Part shown: piece by piece, positions 23,759-34,827 of the stretch
Numbering within the stretch: the stretch's first letter is position 1
How the letters are laid out: each line of letters begins with the position of its first letter
The notes under the pieces: model-generated
The model's input: the letters and a program-made list of their open reading frames with translations, nothing else
Told to the model about the DNA's origin: nothing
Database searches by the model: none
Program-made: the position numbers and the translations under genes
DNA from: Escherichia coli
GTDB lineage: Bacteria; Pseudomonadota; Gammaproteobacteria; Enterobacterales; Enterobacteriaceae
Length of the DNA: 64,000 nucleotides
NCBI RefSeq assembly: GCF_001677475.2
Contig: NZ_CP015229.1
Reading direction: 5' to 3' (one strand)

Positions 23759-24796
23759 ATGTTTTCCGCATTGCGCCACCGTACCGCTGCCCTGGCGCTC
23801 GGCGTATGCTTTATCCTCCCCGTACACGCCTCGTCACCTAAACCTGGCGATTTTGCTAATACCCAGGCACGACATATTGCTACTTTCTTTCCGGGACGCA
23901 TGACCGGAACTCCTGCAGAAATGTTATCTGCCGATTATATTCGCCAACAGTTTCAGCAAATGGGTTATCGCAGTGATATTCGGACATTTAATAGTCGGTA
24001 TATCTTCACCGATAAAAACAAGCGTAAAAGCTGGCATAACGTGACAGGAAGTACGGTGATTGCCGCTCATGAAGGAAAAGTGCCCCAGCAAATCATCATC
24101 ATGGCGCATCTTGATACCTATGCTCCGCAAAGCGATGCAGATATTGATGCCAACCTTGGCGGGTTAACATTACAAGGTGTGGATGATAATGCCGCAGGCC
24201 TTGGTGTTATGCTTGAACTGGCAGAGCGCCTGAAAGATATTCCTACTGAGTATGGGATTCGTTTTATTGCCACCAGTGGTGAAGAGGAAGGGAAATTAGG
24301 TGCTGAGAATTTACTCAAGCGGATGAGCGATACTGAAAAGAAAAATACCTTACTGGTGATTAATCTCGATAATTTGATCGTGGGCGATAAGCTTTATTTT
24401 AATAGTGGCGTAAATACACCGGAAGCTGTCAGGAAATTAACCCGTGATCGAGCGCTGGCAATTGCGCGTAGTCATGGAATTGCCGCAACGACCAATCCGG
24501 GTTTGAATAAAAATTATCCGAAAGGCACTGGGTGTTGTAATGACGCAGAAATATTCGACAAAGCCGGTATTGCTGTACTTTCGGTGGAAGCGACTAACTG
24601 GAATCTTGGGAATAAGGATGGTTATCAGCAACGCGCAAAAACAGCCGCATTCCCTGCGGGAAATAGCTGGCATGATGTAAGGCTTGATAATCAACAACAT
24701 ATTGATAAGGCGCTTCCTGGAAGAATAGAACGTCGCTGCCGTGATGTTATGCGGATAATGCTACCTCTGGTGAAGGAGTTGGCGAAGGCGTCTTGA
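23759..24796 (+). CDS. iap: Alkaline phosphatase isozyme conversion aminopeptidase (M28 family)
   Basis: 345 aa with signal peptide; gene immediately precedes CRISPR array 1, as in E. coli. Confidence 0.9.
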   Translation: MFSALRHRTAALALGVCFILPVHASSPKPGDFANTQARHIATFFPGRMTGTPAEMLSADYIRQQFQQMGYRSDIRTFNSRYIFTDKNKRKSWHNVTGSTVIAAHEGKVPQQIIIMAHLDTYAPQSDADIDANLGGLTLQGVDDNAAGLGVMLELAERLKDIPTEYGIRFIATSGEEEGKLGAENLLKRMSDTEKKNTLLVINLDNLIVGDKLYFNSGVNTPEAVRKLTRDRALAIARSHGIAATTNPGLNKNYPKGTGCCNDAEIFDKAGIAVLSVEATNWNLGNKDGYQQRAKTAAFPAGNSWHDVRLDNQQHIDKALPGRIERRCRDVMRIMLPLVKELAKAS

Positions 24797-24816
24797 TGGG
24801 TTTGAAAATGGGAGTT

Positions 24817-25516
24817 GGGAGTTCTACCGCAGGGGCGGGGAACTCCAAGTGATATCCATCATCGCATCCAGTGCGCCCGGTTTATCCCCGCTGGCGCGGG
24901 GAACACCAAATCCAGCCAGCCGCCGACGGTAATCACCCCGGTTTATCCCCGCTGGCGCGGGGAACACTATGGGGTAGGGCGCTATCAGACATTTACGCAC
25001 GGTTTATCCCCGCTGGCGCGGGGAACACTGCAAGTAACGTTAAGGGAACCGTGGAGACAGCGGTTTATCCCCGCTGGCGCGGGGAACACTTAGAAAACGC
25101 AATGAGCCGCGCGCCCATACCCGGTTTATCCCCGCTGGCGCGGGGAACACGGCACGCTGGACTGAACAAATCCCTGGGCCATCGGTTTATCCCCGCTGGC
25201 GCGGGGAACACACTTACAACCACAATAATAAAAAAAGCCTCGTCGGTTTATCCCCGCTGGCGCGGGGAACACGCCGCTATCTCACCACCAGAACTGTTAC
25301 CCGTCGGTTTATCCCCGCTGGCGCGGGGAACACTTGCAGTGGATAGTCATGTAGCCCGCGCGGGCCGGTTTATCCCCGCTGGCGCGGGGAACACTTTAAA
25401 TACTGCCGTTCCAGCTTGTTGATCGCCGGTTTATCCCCGCTGGCGCGGGGAACACCGTAACTGCCTGTACACGCTGTAATGGCTCACCGGTTTATCCCCG
25501 CTGGCGCGGGGAACAC
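24817..25516 (-). CRISPR. CRISPR array 1 (type I-E): 11 identical 29-nt repeats plus 1 degenerate terminal repeat, 11 spacers of 32 nt
   Basis: Repeat CGGTTTATCCCCGCTGGCGCGGGGAACAC (plus strand) recurs at 24878 + 61k for k=0..10. Degenerate distal repeat at 24817-24845 (GGGAGTTCTACCGCAGGGGCGGGGAACTC). Leader is on the cas2 side, so transcription is on the minus strand. Confidence 0.97.
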
Positions 25517-25612
25517 ACTAAGCATACATAACTGTTTTTAAACAAATTTATTCCGCATCAACAATCTACCAACTAAATTAAAACATTTCCTTATTTTTAA
25601 AGAACGGATAAC
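25517..25612 (-). promoter_or_regulatory. CRISPR array 1 leader (AT-rich) between cas2 stop and first repeat
   Basis: AT-rich 96 nt; contains ACAATCTACCAAC about 42 nt from the first repeat, a motif also present in the array 2 leader. Confidence 0.7.
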
Positions 25613-26822
<1,210 letters not shown>

Positions 26823-26826
<4 letters not shown>

Positions 26827-27473
26827 GCCTCTGCTCCGGGTTTGATCAGCATCAGACCACAACCGAACGCCCGGCTTTTGCCATACCCCTGACTGAGACG
26901 TTGCAGAAATAACCCAGGATCGGTGACCGTAAGCATCCCCGTATAATCCACGCTACTGAACTGGATCAGTTGCCGGGAGTTTTCCCGCCGCAGTTGCTGT
27001 TGTCGGTAGGCATCAACCGAAGTATCCAGCAGTGTAAAACCGCTTCTCTCCCCCTGCGCTGCCAGCCAGTTCAGCGCAGCCTGTTGTTGATGCAACCAGA
27101 CATCACTTCCTTCCACCGGCCCCCTCACCTGCCGTTTCGCCTCCATCAGCAAGTCGTGGCGTTTGCCCGCTTTACAAATTGTTGGATTCGCCCGCAGGTT
27201 GAAACAAAGGGATTGTCCGGTACGCAACTCTGGCGCAAATGGTCGGCATTCGATGGTGAAAATATCACTTTCCGCCGGGCGTTCCTGCGACAGGACAAAA
27301 AAGCGAAACGCCCCCTGGAGTTCTTCCCGACGATAAAGAAATTGCCTTTCTTTGCCGCCAGGAAAAAGATCCCACAGCCACTGATGCATTACATATTCAC
27401 CGCGATCCACCAAATGCAGCAACTGCGCAGGCGAAAGCTGGCCGGTATGTAATGTTATTCTTGAGAGGTACAT
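26823..27473 (-). CDS. cas6e: crRNA endoribonuclease Cas6e (CasE)
   Basis: Start at ATG 27473 (MYLSRITLH…) preceded by AAGGAGGA; 216 aa; Gly-rich C-terminal segment (GYGKSRAFGCGLM). Strongly diverged from K-12 CasE as recalled. Confidence 0.9.
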
Positions 27474-28201
27474 GGTTCCTCCTTGCTGAGCCACGGCCCC
27501 TGATTGATGGTGCGTTCCCCAAACAGCCACTGCTGACGATTTAAAGGAACATCCCGGCGACGTAATATTTTGCTCGCGACCAGGCCGTCGTGTTCCCCTT
27601 CCCACCAGCATTCATCCTGAAGTTTCGGGAGTGAGACTTTCAGTTCGCGGAAACTATCCTGATACTGTTGGTATGCGTTACGTAAGACATCAGACGCGTT
27701 GCCTTCGAGCAGTAACGGCGCAAGTGGTAACGCCAGCGGATGACTTTTTCGCCCCAGATAAAGCGGAAAAACCGGATGACGTAAACCGTCCTGCAACTGT
27801 TCAAGGCTGTAAGGCGCATCGGGGGTTGTTGCCACCGCCACCATCCACCAGGCATCGGTGTAGTAGTCGCGCCGGGAGATAATCGCGCTCAGAAGATCAG
27901 GGGCGCTCAACTCTTCGCGACGGCTGAAATAACGCGCTTTACGCACCTCTTTTGGCATCTGGACCGTGTGATAATCCCGTGCCCAGCGCGGGTTACGGCT
28001 GGCGCAAACCACCAGTGAATAGTGGCGGTTAAACGCGTTTAATCGTTCGGTATCATCACGCCGAATCCCTACCCCGGCAGCCAGCAGCCCCAGCAATGCT
28101 GAGCGCGAAGGCAGTTCATGGGTATGACGCACTTCGCCGGGGGCATCGACGCCCCAGGATGCCATTGGCCCATGAAGCTGAAAAATCAAATATTGGCTCA
28201 T
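27455..28201 (-). CDS. cas5: Cascade subunit Cas5e (CasD)
   Basis: 248 aa; N-terminus MSQYLIFQLHGPMASWG parallels K-12 CasD (MRSYLILRLAGPMQAWG); 19-nt overlap with cas6e start. Confidence 0.9.
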   Translation of the reverse strand: MSQYLIFQLHGPMASWGVDAPGEVRHTHELPSRSALLGLLAAGVGIRRDDTERLNAFNRHYSLVVCASRNPRWARDYHTVQMPKEVRKARYFSRREELSAPDLLSAIISRRDYYTDAWWMVAVATTPDAPYSLEQLQDGLRHPVFPLYLGRKSHPLALPLAPLLLEGNASDVLRNAYQQYQDSFRELKVSLPKLQDECWWEGEHDGLVASKILRRRDVPLNRQQWLFGERTINQGPWLSKEEPCTSQE

Positions 28202-28211
28202 TAGCCGCCCC

Positions 28212-29267
28212 TTACGCGCAGATAAAGTCCAGCACGTCCTTCATGCTTCCCTGTTTGTTCATCACGTCAAAGCTTGCGCATTCGGTCTTCTGTTCATAGA
28301 CCGTATTCATATTTTCGCGAAGCGTTGTAATACGCTGCACCGCCACATCTAACTGCCGGGTGCCATTAATGGGTTCATAGAAAGCCGCCGCCAGAGAGCG
28401 TGGTTGTTCAGTGCCTTTTTCTGCCAGCGCCCAGGAGGCGTAGGCACGGCTGGCAAAGCTGTTCTGTTTGCCGGTTGGGGAGACTTTAAGTGCGGCTTCC
28501 GTAAAGGCGCGCAAGGTCTGATTAGCTAACGCTTCGTCACCGCCGAGGTTTTCGACCAGCAGATCTTTATCGATGCAGATATAGGTGTAGAACAGCGCAG
28601 AACCGAATCCGGTTTCACCAAGATGCCCGGCACCGGCATCTTCAGAAGCCTGGCGCAAATCATCAACGGCGGTGAAAAAATCATCTTCGACAATCGTTTC
28701 ACTGACACCAAATGCATGCGCGACCTGGCAGGCGGCTTCAACATTAAATTCGGGTTTATTCGCCAGCATACGACCAAACATAGCGATATCTACTGCCATG
28801 CGATCTTTACGTAACAAAGCGAGATCTTCCTCTTTTGGCGCGCGCTTTTCTTCGGCCAGTTGATGGGCCAGCGCTTTTACGGCGTCAAATTCTGCCGGGC
28901 TGATATGGACTAGCTGTTCAGTTTCGGCGTTAGTGAGCGGATCTTTTGGTTTTTTGTCGTTTTTAGCTTTCCCAAGATAATCCGCAATTTTCGCCGCCCA
29001 TTCGATGGCTTTTTTCTCTTCGATGCCTTTCTCAATCAGGATAGTTGCCGCCTCACGCGCAATACGCCCACTGCGAATACCAATATGGCCCGCCAGCGCC
29101 TGTTCAAAAAGTGCAGAAGTGCGCCACGCACGTTTCAGACTTTGTGAGGAAACGCGCAGACGCGTTGCTCCACCCAGTACCACAGTTTTTGGCGCACCGG
29201 TGTCATCACGGTTAAGGTTGGCAGCAGGGTAAGCGGTTAACAAATGAAGCTGAATAAATGTCGTCAT
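28212..29267 (-). CDS. cas7: Cascade backbone subunit Cas7e (CasC)
   Basis: 351 aa; N-terminal …LNRDDTGAPKTVVLGGATRLRVSSQSLKRAWR… typical of Cas7e. Confidence 0.9.
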   Translation of the reverse strand: MTTFIQLHLLTAYPAANLNRDDTGAPKTVVLGGATRLRVSSQSLKRAWRTSALFEQALAGHIGIRSGRIAREAATILIEKGIEEKKAIEWAAKIADYLGKAKNDKKPKDPLTNAETEQLVHISPAEFDAVKALAHQLAEEKRAPKEEDLALLRKDRMAVDIAMFGRMLANKPEFNVEAACQVAHAFGVSETIVEDDFFTAVDDLRQASEDAGAGHLGETGFGSALFYTYICIDKDLLVENLGGDEALANQTLRAFTEAALKVSPTGKQNSFASRAYASWALAEKGTEQPRSLAAAFYEPINGTRQLDVAVQRITTLRENMNTVYEQKTECASFDVMNKQGSMKDVLDFICA

Positions 29268-29281
29268 GAGATAGTCCTTTA

Positions 29282-29818
29282 TTAATTTTGTTCGTTATCG
29301 GCGTCGCCAGCCTGGTAATATTCCAGCGCCCAGCGGATACGGATAAATTCTGTTGGCCGCTGCTGGCGGCGGTGATGATTGAGCAGATCGTCGCTCTCCT
29401 GGCACCAGCGGAAAATATCGTCTGCCAAAGAGATAAGATTGACGGAACCATTTAATAATTTGACCGCGCGACGTAACTGGCGCAGTAATTCATCCGGCGT
29501 TTTGACTGCCGACAGGCGAGTAAAACGCCCCTCAGACATTACCGCCGCCAACTGCGCGGCAAAAGGCTGCCGTTCATCAATGGCTTTTACATTGGCGGCA
29601 ACGGCGGCAACCAGCGCCAGTGCGGTAAAACGCCACTCCTGTGATTCAATTTTCCACAACGTGTGGGTCTGCATCAGCAGTGAACGAAACCCTTCTGACA
29701 GACAAACATCATTAACCGTTGTGCTACGCCGCAGACTGGCACGATTGCCGCGTTTTTCCTGCAACTCTTCGTGCCATTTACGCAGCGTGGCTTTGTGCTC
29801 CTCTTTTACAATACTCAT
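29282..29818 (-). CDS. cse2: Cascade small subunit Cse2 (CasB)
   Basis: 178 aa, basic helical protein between cse1 and cas7; ATGA overlap with cse1 stop. Confidence 0.85.
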   Translation of the reverse strand: MSIVKEEHKATLRKWHEELQEKRGNRASLRRSTTVNDVCLSEGFRSLLMQTHTLWKIESQEWRFTALALVAAVAANVKAIDERQPFAAQLAAVMSEGRFTRLSAVKTPDELLRQLRRAVKLLNGSVNLISLADDIFRWCQESDDLLNHHRRQQRPTEFIRIRWALEYYQAGDADNEQN

Positions 29819-31377
29819 TCAGCAGCCTCCTGCTTTTTCTCCCTGGCGGCTTTAGCACTTTGCTTCTCCGCCGATGTTGTAAAATATTTCTTGCGCGCGG
29901 TCATGACGCGTTTCAAATCAACGGGCTCATAAGGATTAGTGAATACACGCTCGTCAAAATCCTGACGCGCGAATAACCAAATTTCCTTTTGCCATTTGCC
30001 GAGTAATTCATCCGCATCCTGACCTTCTTCAATTTGGCGCACTAACCTCAGGAAGCGATGCTGAGTTTTGTTCCAGAAGTCGATATCCACAAAACTGAAA
30101 TCACCCCTTGCACCTTTTGGATCGGAGAACCATGCTTCTTTCAATGCACTCCGTAACAGACTCAGAATCCGTGAAGCCGTTTGCGCAGCCAGCCGCAGCT
30201 TCGGTATCTGGCCTTCTTTTTTATTGAGCAGTAGCGGGAAATGGTGTTCGTACCAACAGCGCGCTTTCATGTTGTCAAAATCATAACCAAATCCCCACAG
30301 GCCCACTTTTGCCTGTTTCAGACTGCTGGCATTAAAGAGTTTCACCACCAGCGCGGGAAGTTCCGTATTGTTTTCTGATTTACCCGTTTCGATAAGGCCT
30401 AACCAGTCGCGCCAGATTAAACCGCCCGGTTGTGGTTTAACGGAGTAAAACTCGCCACCCTCTTTAAGTGGTACACGGTAAGGCGTTAAGGGATGCTGCC
30501 ACATGGCATAATTGGCACCATAATTTTTGGTCGTCATCAGGCTCAGGAGCGCGTCGTTCTGCTCGTCGCAAATATCGCAGTTGCCGACTGTCGTGGTATT
30601 AAAATCAATACGTATACGCCGCGGCATTCCCCAGTACGCCTGGAGTTTATTGACCTGATCATGGGTTACCACCGCACCGGCCAGTTCGCTGGTACGCGTC
30701 GGGCCTAGCCAGGGGAAAATCAGATCGTCAAATTTTTTGGGTAGCGGTAAGTCGGCTTCATCCTGCGGCATCACGTTGAGCCACAGTTTGCGCCACAAGG
30801 GTGTTTGTTGATTGCCCTGATATTCCTGTAATTCAATGAGAGTCGTCATCGGCCCACCGCCGCGTAAACCGGTGCGATAGCCTTTGCCGCCCGCGGGTGC
30901 ATTCAACTGTAAAGAGAACAAGGCCAATGCTAAGCAATGGGGGCACAGATATTCCGTTACACCCCGCTTGATAAAATGGTCTTTATTAAACTTCGTCGTT
31001 TGAGAACCGGGAATCTCAGGCAGTAGCGAAGCGACCGGAACTTTATCTCCCGTGAGCGCCTCAAAATCCTGCATAAATGAAGGGGAATCTGGCCCAAACT
31101 GGAAAGCATGTTCTAAGGACAGCAATGCTTCCCGTAGCTTTTCAGCTTCCAGTCCGTCTTCCCAGATATCATCCCAACGACGATGATCTTTTGGCGCGAA
31201 GCTGGTTTGTAGTAGCCCCAGCAAAAACTGCCAGGCCGCCCCCTGGAGATCTGCCCGCGGCGCAGCGATATCGACAACATTTTCATCCGCCAGATCGACT
31301 GGCGCCAGTTTGCCTGTCGTTCCGTCTTTATAACGAACGGGCAACCACGGGGTTGTTATAATTGAAAAAAATTCCAT
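29815..31377 (-). CDS. cse1: Cascade large subunit Cse1 (CasA)
   Basis: Start at ATG 31377 (MEFFSIITTPWLPVRYKDG…) with GAGG SD; ORF-track start 31392 is TTG. N-terminus parallels K-12 Cse1 (…NWIPVRPRNG…). Confidence 0.88.
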   Translation of the reverse strand: MEFFSIITTPWLPVRYKDGTTGKLAPVDLADENVVDIAAPRADLQGAAWQFLLGLLQTSFAPKDHRRWDDIWEDGLEAEKLREALLSLEHAFQFGPDSPSFMQDFEALTGDKVPVASLLPEIPGSQTTKFNKDHFIKRGVTEYLCPHCLALALFSLQLNAPAGGKGYRTGLRGGGPMTTLIELQEYQGNQQTPLWRKLWLNVMPQDEADLPLPKKFDDLIFPWLGPTRTSELAGAVVTHDQVNKLQAYWGMPRRIRIDFNTTTVGNCDICDEQNDALLSLMTTKNYGANYAMWQHPLTPYRVPLKEGGEFYSVKPQPGGLIWRDWLGLIETGKSENNTELPALVVKLFNASSLKQAKVGLWGFGYDFDNMKARCWYEHHFPLLLNKKEGQIPKLRLAAQTASRILSLLRSALKEAWFSDPKGARGDFSFVDIDFWNKTQHRFLRLVRQIEEGQDADELLGKWQKEIWLFARQDFDERVFTNPYEPVDLKRVMTARKKYFTTSAEKQSAKAAREKKQEAAE

Positions 31378-31752
31378 ACGCTTTCCTCGCAAATAAGACC
31401 ATCCATGGTAGGTTGTCCATCACCATATTCAAGAATCAATCGAAAAGAGAGATTACATCATATTAAATGAATATATTGAAAATTAGATTATTATTAAATA
31501 ATCAATAAATCACACGAATATATAAAGATAATTTTCTATAATGCTTTTCGCTCAGGCTCTATCACTTAATAAAAACCAAAGTATTCTTTATCAAAAGGTT
31601 TTTCAACTCTGCTTCCGGACATTGTTACATATATCAATAACTCTTAGAGATTTTCTTTATTTCGAATAACCCTTATTTTTGATATAAACGTCTTCAGTTC
31701 CCTGTCTAAGGGATTAACCAAGTTAGTGATACACGTATATCATTTTATGCTC
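31378..31752 (-). promoter_or_regulatory. AT-rich cas3-cse1 intergenic region, presumed Cascade operon promoter
   Basis: 375-nt strongly AT-rich spacer upstream of cse1. By analogy with K-12, where this region holds the H-NS-silenced, LeuO-activated Pcas promoter; not demonstrated here. Confidence 0.45.
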
Positions 31753-31781
31753 CTGTTCCCCGCGTCAGCGGGGATAAGCCC
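31753..31781 (+). repeat. Solo CRISPR-repeat-like sequence, inverted relative to both arrays, just downstream of cas3
   Basis: Plus strand CTGTTCCCCGCGTCAGCGGGGATAAGCCC; its reverse complement matches the array repeat at 25 of 29 positions; begins 26 nt from the cas3 stop. Confidence 0.6.
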
Positions 31782-31806
31782 TGGCGTCATCCGACTCCAG
31801 GGCATC

Positions 31807-34506
31807 TCAATCAACCTTACCAATCAATCCCTCCGTAGCCGAATACCCGCAACTTTCGTCATCGGTAACTAAAATCACATTTGCCATCTCCGGATCTTGC
31901 CGCTGTTCAACGCACCACTGCCTGAACGCATCCCCTTCCAGTAAAGAAAACTCATCGCGATGTTTTTTCCACCAGCTTCGACGCACTCTGACAACGCTCA
32001 TTTCCCATGCGTGAGCACCGGTGGCATAAGGCTTCACCACACCGTCAATACAGGTAGCCAGCCACAGGGAAACAGATTCCTCAGCCAGACGTGTCGACAG
32101 CTTTTCCGGAAGGTAATCGTTGATATTGGCGGCATAGCCAGGCTTGAAGTTCAGGACAAACTTTTTAGCCATTGCACGATCGCAGTAATATTTGCCCACT
32201 TGCTCCTGCTCGCTGCGGGCAAATCCTTCCGGCATTACCACGTCCTCACCGTAGACTGATTCAATAAGAAGGCGGGCTGCGTGTGGCATTTGAATAGCGC
32301 CTTGCTCACGCAGTACACGCTGCGTCAGCCAGATTCGTCCATGATCGGGATAGACATATGCACTGTTACGCATGGCACTGCCGAACCATTCGTCACCAGG
32401 AGCGTCGTCCCAGACGGGGGCCAGAATCAGCAATTCAGGAGGGGAACGCTCGTCTTTTCCGTCACGCTTTAACTGACCATTAATATCGCGGATATGCCGC
32501 TGTAATCGCCCCGCCCGTTGGATCAGCAAATCAACAGAGGCCAGGTCGGAGATCATTTCGTCCAGGTCAATATCCACACTTTGTTCAATTACTTGCGTAC
32601 AAACAATGACTTGCGATAATCTCTGTAAACTACAACTTTTACCAAAGCGTGCCAACGTTTCCGTTTCAATTCGCTGGCGATCGCTAAAAGCAAAGCGGCT
32701 ATGAAAAAGAGAAAGGCTGGAAGCAGGAATGACGCCGCGGGCAAGTAACTGACGATAAACTTTAATAGCATCATCGACAGAATTCCGGATCCAGGCGATG
32801 CATTTCCCCTGACTTACCGCCGATTCGATACGCGCAATACACTCTTGTTCGCTATGAAGCCAACCCACGCTCACGCTACGCTCAACGTCTTTGCGCGTCG
32901 CTACCCGGTGTGAATGCACATCGGATTTCGTAACGTGCGTCAGCCAGGGGTAATCATCCTTTTCCAGGAACGGAGCTTCTTGCTGGCCCTCTGTACCACG
33001 CGCAAAGGCAGCAACGAGTTTGTCGCGCTGCTGTTGAGATAACGTGGCAGAAAGCAAAATGACGCTGTTTCCGCCACGCGCCTGCAGCTCGATCAGCCCT
33101 TCAAGAATGCATGACATGTAAGCGTCACAGGCATGGATCTCATCAGCCAGCAGGATTTTGTTACTCAGTCCCAGAAGCCGCAGATTATTATGTTTGAACG
33201 GCATCACAGCCATCATCGCCTGATCCAGCGTGCCGACGCCAATTTCAGCCAGCAACGCCTTCTTGTTACTGTCAGCAAACCAGGCCGCACATCCCTGGCT
33301 GAAAGCTTGTTCATCCGGTTCTTCTGACCCGACTAAATCACCGGACCAGAGTGATTCATTAAAGCGGTCCATTAATGTGCGGGCACTGTGTGCCAGCACC
33401 AGGCTGGGGCGGGATTGTGGCGAATAGAAAGCAAGCCAGGTTTTGACCAGCCGATCGTACATGGCATTGGCCGTTGCCATTGTTGGCAGGCCAAAAAACA
33501 AACCCTGCGCTTTCCCCGCAGCCATCAACCTGTGCGCCAGGATAAGCGCCGCTTCTGTTTTACCTGCGCCGGTTACATCCTCCAGAATAAATAACTGTGG
33601 TCCCGGCTGGCTGATATCCAGATCCAGCACCTTTTGCTGTAGCGGTGTCGGATTCTCAATAAAAGGAAACAGCGTATTAATTCCGGTGAAAGGCGCGGTT
33701 TCTGCTTTTGGAGGAAAGACGGTTAAGGCGTTTTGAGCCTGAACTAAAGTTTTCTGCCAGTAATCTTCAATATCCATTGTCTGTGCGACGCGTGGAAAAA
33801 ATCGCGTTGACGATCCCGTCCAGTCTGCAAGTACGACGGTTGCAGAGATATACCAGGAAAGTTGTTTTATAAGTTCAACGCCCTCGTCATCATCCCAGAA
33901 TGTGGGGATCTCTATGAGCGGAAACAGTGCCTTGATTGCAAGGAGAAAATCTCGTGCGGCAGCTTTGTCTTCAGGCAGAAAGTTGTCCAGTTCATCCATA
34001 CGGTCAGGAGGCCGACCATGATGCCCGGTAGTTATGGGCATCCACATATCTATTACCCGTTTGAGCTTGCGCGGAGAGAGTGAAGATGCAGGAAGCAATT
34101 CTTCGCATTCACTTAAATAATGGTGCCACAACCAGTAACCCAGCGTTGAATGAGAGATTTTTTCGTAATTTTTTCTAGAGCTTTCCGGAACCTTGAGTTG
34201 CGGGTGCAGGTAAAGTTGCTGAAAAGAGCGGGCAAATTTTCCAGTATCGTGCCAGCACAATAGCCAGGCGAAAAATTGTGCTGCCTGCTCCGTATCAGCG
34301 AAACCTAGTTGACGAAAATAGTCAGCCAGCCCGAAGCAATTGCTTTTAACCATTAAATAGCCCATCGCGGCTACATCCAGCGAATGCCAGCAAAGAAGGT
34401 GATAGTCGTCGCCCCCGTCTTTCTCGCCGCGTCGGGTTTTTCCCCAGAAATCAAAAAAAGTCACAATATTTTTATCCTTCAGTAAACTTAAAGGATATTT
34501 ACGCAT
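31807..34506 (-). CDS. cas3: Cas3 HD-nuclease/helicase (type I-E)
   Basis: 899 aa; N-terminal HD domain (…LLCWHSLDVAA…), helicase motif I (TGAGKTEAA) and motif II (LLADEIHACD). Confidence 0.93.
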   Translation of the reverse strand: MRKYPLSLLKDKNIVTFFDFWGKTRRGEKDGGDDYHLLCWHSLDVAAMGYLMVKSNCFGLADYFRQLGFADTEQAAQFFAWLLCWHDTGKFARSFQQLYLHPQLKVPESSRKNYEKISHSTLGYWLWHHYLSECEELLPASSLSPRKLKRVIDMWMPITTGHHGRPPDRMDELDNFLPEDKAAARDFLLAIKALFPLIEIPTFWDDDEGVELIKQLSWYISATVVLADWTGSSTRFFPRVAQTMDIEDYWQKTLVQAQNALTVFPPKAETAPFTGINTLFPFIENPTPLQQKVLDLDISQPGPQLFILEDVTGAGKTEAALILAHRLMAAGKAQGLFFGLPTMATANAMYDRLVKTWLAFYSPQSRPSLVLAHSARTLMDRFNESLWSGDLVGSEEPDEQAFSQGCAAWFADSNKKALLAEIGVGTLDQAMMAVMPFKHNNLRLLGLSNKILLADEIHACDAYMSCILEGLIELQARGGNSVILLSATLSQQQRDKLVAAFARGTEGQQEAPFLEKDDYPWLTHVTKSDVHSHRVATRKDVERSVSVGWLHSEQECIARIESAVSQGKCIAWIRNSVDDAIKVYRQLLARGVIPASSLSLFHSRFAFSDRQRIETETLARFGKSCSLQRLSQVIVCTQVIEQSVDIDLDEMISDLASVDLLIQRAGRLQRHIRDINGQLKRDGKDERSPPELLILAPVWDDAPGDEWFGSAMRNSAYVYPDHGRIWLTQRVLREQGAIQMPHAARLLIESVYGEDVVMPEGFARSEQEQVGKYYCDRAMAKKFVLNFKPGYAANINDYLPEKLSTRLAEESVSLWLATCIDGVVKPYATGAHAWEMSVVRVRRSWWKKHRDEFSLLEGDAFRQWCVEQRQDPEMANVILVTDDESCGYSATEGLIGKVD

Positions 34507-34674
34507 ATATTAAAAATTATCTGTGATATATATCGTTCAATAAAATATTTACATTATGAATAATCAAATAATTTTCATCCGTAATATATATGAATAATAA
34601 ACATAGGCATAATATTCACATAAACAATATAAATTAAAAAAGGGTGCAGGAGACCAAACCATCACAATTCAGTA

Positions 34675-34697
34675 CGCGGGGTTTTATCCCCGCGTGG
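34675..34697 (+). repeat. Partial CRISPR-repeat-like hairpin upstream of cas3
   Basis: CGCGGGG-TTTTAT-CCCCGCG is a perfect 7-bp stem; GGTTTTATCCCCGCGTGG matches the first about 19 nt of the array repeat (GGTTTATCCCCGCTGG) with 2 indels. Confidence 0.4.
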
Positions 34698-34794
34698 TGG
34701 CTACTTCTTCGATTCGTAAGCGAAAACTGCCTTAAACTCCATACCACGTTCTCTGATACTCAACTCACACAACGAGTCGCCTACCATCAGCGTG

Positions 34795-34827
34795 AATCAT
34801 CGTACTGTACAACACAGTACGATGATT
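34795..34827. promoter_or_regulatory. Perfect 14-bp inverted repeat in the cas3-cysH intergenic region (candidate operator or terminator)
   Basis: AATCATCGTACTGT-acaac-ACAGTACGATGATT; no U-tract on either side. Confidence 0.4.

Noticed and set aside
23647-23841. 64-aa ORF upstream of and overlapping the iap start
   Set aside because: Out of frame with iap, no SD; the region is the divergent cysD/iap promoter.
24815-25422. ORF-track reading frames running through CRISPR array 1 (24815-25093 and 24871-25422, with recurring PAGAGNT / LSPLARGT / YPRWRGEH peptides)
   Set aside because: Periodic peptide repeats are a translation artefact of the 61-nt repeat-spacer period; no start context and no coding signal.
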